This document shows positions 58,204-64,000 of a stretch of DNA of 64,000 nucleotides, one piece after another. This DNA is from a bacterium (GTDB lineage: Bacteria; Omnitrophota; Gorgyraeia; Zapsychrales; Zapsychraceae). Below the pieces are notes generated by a model. That model had not been told where the DNA came from. It was given only the letters and a program-made list of their open reading frames with translations, and ran no database searches. Position 1 is the first letter of the stretch. The number at the start of each line of letters is the position of its first letter. Position numbers and translations under genes: made by a program. Location: assembly GCA_030429765.1 (NCBI GenBank), contig JAUIER010000015.1, positions 31,079 to 95,078 on the forward strand, given 5' to 3'.

Positions 58204-61104
58204 TTACCAACGCAACGGGGCCTTCCACGCCTCTTTGAGCTCGTAGATATCTTTGTGAATACACAACTCGCCATCGAGACCGGTAACCAGAAAGTCCGGA
58301 TACTCTTCCACGATCCCGATCAGACCAACCGGAACACCTTTCATCGCGGCCTCAAATTTTTTCTGATGTTTGGGGCTGACCTCGACGGCAAACCGGCTGG
58401 TGCTTTCAGAAAATAGCAGGATATCATCACGTTTATCCGTTCCCTGATATGGAACCTTCTTGAGATGCGCGCTGATTCCCAATCCGCCGGCAAAGGCCAT
58501 TTCGGCCAACGCGACGGCCAATCCACCCTCCGAACAATCATGACTGGAGGCCACCAACCCTTTTTTGATCGCGCCGGACAATGCCGTAAATGTCTTGAGC
58601 GCACTTTTAATATTCGATTTAGGAACATGCTCACCGAGGTATCCCAGCGTATCCAGATAGATGGATCCGCCGAGCTCGTCACGGGTCTTGCCCACTACAT
58701 AAATCAAATTCCCAGGTGATTTGACATCCATTGTCACGGTCTTGCGGATATCCTCTACAATACCGATCGCCGAGATCAATAATGTTCCCGGAATAGCAAT
58801 CGACTTCTTGCCTTCCGTGTACTCGTTATACAAGCTGTCTTTACCGGAAATAAACGGTGTCTGAAATCCCACGGCCGCCTTGTAACAGCCCTGGGCGGCC
58901 CGGACCATCGATCCCAGCCGGTCAGGCTTATCCGGGTTGCCCCAGCAGAAGTTGTCGAGGATCGCGATCTTATCGACGTTGCCGCCGACACTGACAATCT
59001 GACGAATCGCCTCATCAATACACGCGACAGCCATCCAATACGGATCGATCATCCCATAACGGATATTGATCCCGTTTGAAACAGCAATCCCTTTGTTCGA
59101 GTCCAACTTAGGACGGATCACACTTGCGTCGCTTGGCCCGTCACAATCCACCCCGACCAATGGTTTAATCACACTGCCGCCCTGCACCTCGTGATCATAC
59201 TGACGGATCACCCACTCCTTCGAACAGACATTGTAATGCGACAAACAGTCGATCAGCGACTGATTAAAATCCGGACGTTTGGGAAACCGGGTTTTCTTGA
59301 TCTTCGGGGCCTTCCAGACCGCTTGTTTGGTAATACGCGGATTGCCGTCATGCAGAAAATGCATATCCAGATCACACACCTGGATTCCGTGATAATACAA
59401 TTCTAACCGCTTGCTGCCGCTGAACTCTCCGATCACCGCCGTCTCGACATTCTCGTCGGCAAAGACTTTCAGAAATTCATCCACATTCTCGGGCGGCACG
59501 GAAAAAACCATCCGTTCTTGTGATTCGGAAATCCAGATTTCCATATATTTCAGCCCGCTGTACTTAAGCGGTACTCGTTCCAAATCCACCCGTGCGCCGG
59601 TTGCTTCTCCCATTTCTCCGACAGCGCTAGAAAGTCCGCCGGCCCCGCAATCAGTGACGGCCGTATACAAATTAAGATCGCGCGCTTTAAGCAGCGCGTC
59701 GAGGACCTTTTTCTCCTGGATCGGGTCGCCGATCTGAACCGCGCCGGATGACACCGTCTCCGACTCCGTCGTGAGTTCACCGGATGAAAATGTCGCGCCA
59801 TGAATGCCGTCACGTCCGGTCTTTCCGCCCGCGACCACGATCATATCTCCGACATGCACACGCTTGTTGACCTTATCCTTGGGCATAATCCCGACTGAGC
59901 CGCAATAGACCAGCGGGTTGCCGATGTAATGCGGATCAAACAGGATCGCGCCATTCACCGTCGGGATCCCCATCTTGTTCCCATAATCACGTACCCCGTC
60001 GACAACCCCTTTCATCACCCGCTTGGGATGCAGCGTCCCCGGCGGAAGCGCGTCAAACGGCGTTTCCGGTGAGGCAAAGCAAAACACATCGGTATTGCAG
60101 ATCGGTTTGGCGCCAAGACCTGTGCCGAGTATATCGCGCAGCACACCGCCAATCCCCGTATTCGCCCCGCCGAACGGTTCCAGGGCTGACGGATGATTAT
60201 GGGTTTCGACCTTGAAACACACGCATGAGTCTTTATCGAATTTGATGACTCCTGCATTGTCATGAAACACCGACACACACCATGATTTATTGATCTCTTC
60301 CGTCGCCTTGACGATGGTCGACTTCAGGAGGTTTTTGATCTTTTTAGATTTGGTCTTACCGCCTTCTGTGTGCGTGAATTCAATGTTGCCACGGAACGTT
60401 TTGTGATAACAGTGCTCACTCCAGGTTTGGGCGATGGTTTCCAGCTCGCAATCAGTGGGATTGCGGTCGATGGACTTATAAAAATCCTGGATCACCTGCA
60501 TTTCCGGCAGGCTCAAAAACAGCTGGCCTTGCTGACTGATCTCCATCAGCTTCTTGGAAGAGGCCGACAGCAGATCAACCATGATCAGGTCCACACTTTT
60601 CGTTGCCGATCCGGAAGGAACAGATTTGGGGTGAGCGGGATCAGCGGCATGCTGAATAATTTTGTTGGCTAATATTTTATCAACAATGGTCTCTAGCTTG
60701 TTGTTCGAAAGTTTTCCACGAAGGGTATATTTTCGAGCCGTAGAAACAGACTGAATCCCGCCCACGTCCAAATCTTTGATCCCCTTGATGGTGGATTCCT
60801 CGACGGGATCCATCACACCTGGATTAAAGGCGATCTCGACAGTATGGGTATCTTTTTTGGTTTTGGCGTGCTTGAATGATTCGGCCGGAATATATGAGTA
60901 GGTCTGTGTCACCGGATCCGTGAGCAGATTCTTGCAGATGTGCTCTACACATTCCGGTGAAAGATTGCCTTCCAGGTTATAAACTCGATCAACGGAGACA
61001 CTCTCGACACTCGCAATTCCCAGATCATGAATGGATCGGGACACACCTTCGGCGTGTGCGTCAAACACTCCGGCCTTGTTTTTAATTTCAATTCGCCAGG
61101 TCAT
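58204..61104 (-). CDS. purL: FGAM synthase PurL with two N-terminal fused PurS-like domains
   Basis: QTWSEHCYHK, KVETHNHPS, GRDGIHG, DCGAGG, SESQER; N-terminal repeats GVFDAH...LLTDPV and PGVMDPV...ILANKI. Confidence 0.95.
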   Translation of the reverse strand: MTWRIEIKNKAGVFDAHAEGVSRSIHDLGIASVESVSVDRVYNLEGNLSPECVEHICKNLLTDPVTQTYSYIPAESFKHAKTKKDTHTVEIAFNPGVMDPVEESTIKGIKDLDVGGIQSVSTARKYTLRGKLSNNKLETIVDKILANKIIQHAADPAHPKSVPSGSATKSVDLIMVDLLSASSKKLMEISQQGQLFLSLPEMQVIQDFYKSIDRNPTDCELETIAQTWSEHCYHKTFRGNIEFTHTEGGKTKSKKIKNLLKSTIVKATEEINKSWCVSVFHDNAGVIKFDKDSCVCFKVETHNHPSALEPFGGANTGIGGVLRDILGTGLGAKPICNTDVFCFASPETPFDALPPGTLHPKRVMKGVVDGVRDYGNKMGIPTVNGAILFDPHYIGNPLVYCGSVGIMPKDKVNKRVHVGDMIVVAGGKTGRDGIHGATFSSGELTTESETVSSGAVQIGDPIQEKKVLDALLKARDLNLYTAVTDCGAGGLSSAVGEMGEATGARVDLERVPLKYSGLKYMEIWISESQERMVFSVPPENVDEFLKVFADENVETAVIGEFSGSKRLELYYHGIQVCDLDMHFLHDGNPRITKQAVWKAPKIKKTRFPKRPDFNQSLIDCLSHYNVCSKEWVIRQYDHEVQGGSVIKPLVGVDCDGPSDASVIRPKLDSNKGIAVSNGINIRYGMIDPYWMAVACIDEAIRQIVSVGGNVDKIAILDNFCWGNPDKPDRLGSMVRAAQGCYKAAVGFQTPFISGKDSLYNEYTEGKKSIAIPGTLLISAIGIVEDIRKTVTMDVKSPGNLIYVVGKTRDELGGSIYLDTLGYLGEHVPKSNIKSALKTFTALSGAIKKGLVASSHDCSEGGLAVALAEMAFAGGLGISAHLKKVPYQGTDKRDDILLFSESTSRFAVEVSPKHQKKFEAAMKGVPVGLIGIVEEYPDFLVTGLDGELCIHKDIYELKEAWKAPLRW

Positions 61105-61146
61105 TATTTTTCGTTCGGGTTGGTTTTGAAGGATTTAACGGACTAG

Positions 61147-61854
61147 CTATGTACTCACGCGATCTAAAACTTCTTGGTAGGCTTCTGCGATATTTCCTAA
61201 ATCGTGTCTAAAACGATCCTTGTCTAACTTCTTTCCAGTCCCTTTTTCCCATAAACGGCATGTGTCAGGCGAAATTTCATCGGCGAGGATGATTTCACCT
61301 TTGTAACGACCGAACTCAAGTTTAAAATCAATGAGTTCCAATCCCAGGTTATCAAAAAACTTTCCCATGAGATCATTGATCGCCAACGTATATTTTTTAA
61401 TTGTCGCGACCTCTTCCGGCGTCGCGATTCCCAACATCTGGATATGTCCTTCATTGATCAGCGGATCGCCCAGGTCATCCCGCTTGTAGCAGAATTCCAG
61501 GATCGGCGTGTCGATTTTACGGCCTTCCTCAACACCCAGCAGCCGGCATAATGATCCGGCCGCGCGATTACGGATGATCACCTCGACTCCCACAATCTCG
61601 ACTTTCTTGACGAGCATCTCCCGATCCGAGAGATGTTTCTCAAAGTGATTGGGAATCCCTTTCGAGGCCAGAAATTCAAAGATCTTGGTTGAGATCTTAT
61701 TGTTCATGATCCCCTTTTGGCCGACCGTTCCCTTTTTTGCCGCATTAAATGCCGTCGCGTCGTCCTTGAAATACTGAATCACCAAATCCGGATCATCTGT
61801 CGTATACAGTATCTTGGCCTTGCCTTCGTAGACCTTCTCGACCTTCTGAACCAT
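61147..61854 (-). CDS. purC: SAICAR synthetase
   Basis: YEGKAK, FKDDATAFN, DFKLEFG, ADEISPDTCRLW, DKDRFR. Confidence 0.98.
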   Translation of the reverse strand: MVQKVEKVYEGKAKILYTTDDPDLVIQYFKDDATAFNAAKKGTVGQKGIMNNKISTKIFEFLASKGIPNHFEKHLSDREMLVKKVEIVGVEVIIRNRAAGSLCRLLGVEEGRKIDTPILEFCYKRDDLGDPLINEGHIQMLGIATPEEVATIKKYTLAINDLMGKFFDNLGLELIDFKLEFGRYKGEIILADEISPDTCRLWEKGTGKKLDKDRFRHDLGNIAEAYQEVLDRVST

Positions 61855-63149
61855 TACTTGAGTCCCGCTTTTTTAAAGATCTTGTCATTGTGACGTGTGT
61901 AATATTTGATATCGAAACACTTATCGATCTCGCTTGGCTTGAGATATTTGCGAACCTTACGGTCACGGTTGAGGATTTCCTTGAAGTCGGACGTTTCCTG
62001 CCATACCTGCATCGCACAACGCTGGATAATATCGTATGCGGCTTCCCGCGTCAGACCTTTCTTCATTAACTCAAGTAAGACCCGTTGTGAATAGATAAGT
62101 CCCTTGGTCTTGGAGAGCGAGGCGATCATGTTCTTTGGATAGACAAGCAGTCCGTCGAGAATAGGAATGATTTTGTGGAACATATAATTCAAAGCGATAC
62201 AGCTGTCAGGGATAATCACGCGCTCCACAGATGAATGGCTGATGTCACGCTCATGCCAGAGACAAATATTTTCGAACGAAGCCTGCGAGTTGGCTCTCAG
62301 CAGCCGTGACAGACCTGAAATGCGTTCACACGCCACTGGATTTCGCTTGTGAGGCATCGCTGAAGATCCAATCTGACCTTTGAAGAACGGCTCTTCGACC
62401 TCAAGAACTTCTGTCTTCTGCAACAGTCGGATTTCTGTAGCGATCTTATCTAGAGTAGAACCGACCAGGGCCAGTGTCGTCATGAATTGACAATGATTGT
62501 CACGCTGAATGACCTGTGTGGCGATATTCGCCGGACTAAGCCCCAGCTTTTCGCAGACATATTCCTCGACAAATGGATCAATATTCGCAAAAGTTCCGAC
62601 GGAACCCGACAATTTTCCGTAGGCCATAATTTCCTTGGCCTGCTCCAGCCGGGTTTGATTACGTTTCATTTCGTCATACCAGACCGCGATCTTGAGTCCG
62701 AATGTCATCGGCTCGGCATGCACACCATGTGTACGTGCGATGCATGGGGTGTCTTTATATTTTTTGGCTTTTTGTTTGAGGACGGCGAGCATTTTTTTTG
62801 TGTCCCCAAGAAGAATATCACAGGCTTCCATACACTGGACGGACAGGGATGTATCCAGCAAATCCGACGATGTCAGCCCCATATGAAGGTATTTGGCCTC
62901 ACCCCCGATGTACTGACCGACGTTGTTGATAAAGGCGACAACATCGTGCTTGGTCTTTTCTTCCAGCTTCTTAACTTCATCAATATCAAACTTTGCGCTC
63001 TTCTTGATGGTCTCCAGTGATTTTTTCGGGATCAGGCCGAGCTTACACATGGCCTCGCAGGCCAGCACTTCGATCTTCAGCATAATTTCCATCTTATGCT
63101 TTTCGGACCAAATATTGCCCATCTTCGACAATGTGTAACGTTCAATCAT
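61854..63149 (-). CDS. purB: Adenylosuccinate lyase
   Basis: MIERY, HDVVAF, GLTSSD, RTHGVHAEP, GSSAMPHKRNP, WHERDISHSSVER. Confidence 0.98.
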   Translation of the reverse strand: MIERYTLSKMGNIWSEKHKMEIMLKIEVLACEAMCKLGLIPKKSLETIKKSAKFDIDEVKKLEEKTKHDVVAFINNVGQYIGGEAKYLHMGLTSSDLLDTSLSVQCMEACDILLGDTKKMLAVLKQKAKKYKDTPCIARTHGVHAEPMTFGLKIAVWYDEMKRNQTRLEQAKEIMAYGKLSGSVGTFANIDPFVEEYVCEKLGLSPANIATQVIQRDNHCQFMTTLALVGSTLDKIATEIRLLQKTEVLEVEEPFFKGQIGSSAMPHKRNPVACERISGLSRLLRANSQASFENICLWHERDISHSSVERVIIPDSCIALNYMFHKIIPILDGLLVYPKNMIASLSKTKGLIYSQRVLLELMKKGLTREAAYDIIQRCAMQVWQETSDFKEILNRDRKVRKYLKPSEIDKCFDIKYYTRHNDKIFKKAGLK

Positions 63150-63257
63150 ACCTCATACTCCTTTTGTATTGGATACTTGTGAAAACTCACATGGATTGGT
63201 CAAAATTGATTGGAAACAGCAATGTGAAGTACGGCATGCAGCCTCCCCGAAGATGGT

Positions 63258-63286
63258 AATATAACAGAGATCAATTTCGGGGTCAA
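63258..63286 (-). promoter_or_regulatory. Sigma70-type promoter of the pur operon
   Basis: Minus strand TTGACC-N17-TATATT with extended -10 TG, about 100 nt upstream of purB. Confidence 0.6.
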
Positions 63287-63466
63287 TCAAAATCCGTGAT
63301 TTGAGGAGATTTTTTGGTAATTCACGCTCATAAGTTCATTTATAATAACAACTTACAAACATGACAATTTTTGAAGGTTCCGACAAATAGTTACAACATC
63401 CCCTTGCATTTGCCGGGATCAACTGAAAAAACTAGAGATATTGAGTAGTTACTGTCGCTGCTAGAC

Positions 63467-64000
63467 TTACAGCTTAAGCTGACCGCCCAGTTGACTGCGA
63501 AAATAATCACTGACAACTCCGACGGACGCCTTCATGATCTCGGGGGTCACCGAAATAAGTTTGGAACCGGTCGGCGTCTTGAGGAAGGTGTTTAACTCCC
63601 GCAGCTCGCTCTCGCTGTAAACATCGTCGTATATGGGAATCAGGGCCGACACAATCTCATGAATCTGCAGCAATTCAACCAATCGTTCTTTTTCCGCCCC
63701 TTCGGCCCGGCCCAACACGGCCTCCATATTACGCTGAATATTGACACGCGCACCGTTGGCCTCCATATGCTCAATAATGAGTAGGACTTTCGCTGCTGAG
63801 ATCCCTTCAAACCCATTCGCATTGATTAGGTCAGGGTTCCATTCAAGCGGATCCACGTCCTCCATAATCTGCTGGATCTGTTCCTTATATATCTGGTAGG
63901 GAAGCTTGCCCGGCTCCATAATCTTGATGTAATAATGACCGTTTTCGACAATCTGGCCCTTGATAATACGTCCATCCTTCATAATAACCGTCTCGGCATG
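63467..64000 (-). CDS. DUF2059-like protein, 5' end outside window
   Basis: Frame open to the window edge (HAETVIMKDGRIIKGQIVE...); C-terminal IYDDVYSESELRELNTFLKTPTGSKL. Confidence 0.75.
   Translation of the reverse strand, partial: HAETVIMKDGRIIKGQIVENGHYYIKIMEPGKLPYQIYKEQIQQIMEDVDPLEWNPDLINANGFEGISAAKVLLIIEHMEANGARVNIQRNMEAVLGRAEGAEKERLVELLQIHEIVSALIPIYDDVYSESELRELNTFLKTPTGSKLISVTPEIMKASVGVVSDYFRSQLGGQLKL

Noticed and set aside
63150-63257. Purine, ZTP or PRPP riboswitch in the pur leader
   Set aside because: No conserved core of these aptamers and no terminator was recognisable by eye; a covariance search is needed to exclude them fully.
1-64000. tRNA, rRNA, CRISPR array, IS or prophage
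   Set aside because: Intergenic gaps are short (largest about 320 nt); no cloverleaf, spaced repeats, transposase, integrase or phage genes were seen.

Overview
Core chromosomal region of a diderm bacterium. Several signatures (LptD type, PurS-PurS-PurL, TsaC-phosphatase fusion, AccD N-terminus) suggest PVC superphylum, probably Omnitrophota; this is an inference. All ~60 credible genes lie on the minus strand. In transcription order: purB-C-(SS)L-Q-M-D; tsaC/ywlE fusion-rpiB-glyA-nrdR-DUF151-tRNA nucleotidyltransferase-NUDIX; a TPR-bearing thioester alpha-2-macroglobulin; metB-like; an MBOAT/SGNH O-acyltransferase pair coupled to an ECF sigma operon; miaA-hflX; a heat-shock cluster (hspR-like, hsp20, clpB, hrcA-grpE-dnaK-dnaJ, two CIRCE sites); accD, a MalK-type ATPase, two diguanylate cyclases; and glk-lptD-nucleotide-sugar genes with a carbamoyltransferase/SxtJ/SxtK cassette and a minimal ThDP enzyme pair. 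No rRNA, tRNA, CRISPR or mobile element was seen. The best candidate for a new system is the ECF module. Its anti-sigma ends in six acidic hexad repeats, a separate secreted peptide carries the same hexads, and a partner has seven basic 18-aa repeats. An ECF-type promoter (AAC-N16-YGTTTAA) precedes both the anti-sigma and the macroglobulin gene. Family assignments come from motif recognition, not database searches.
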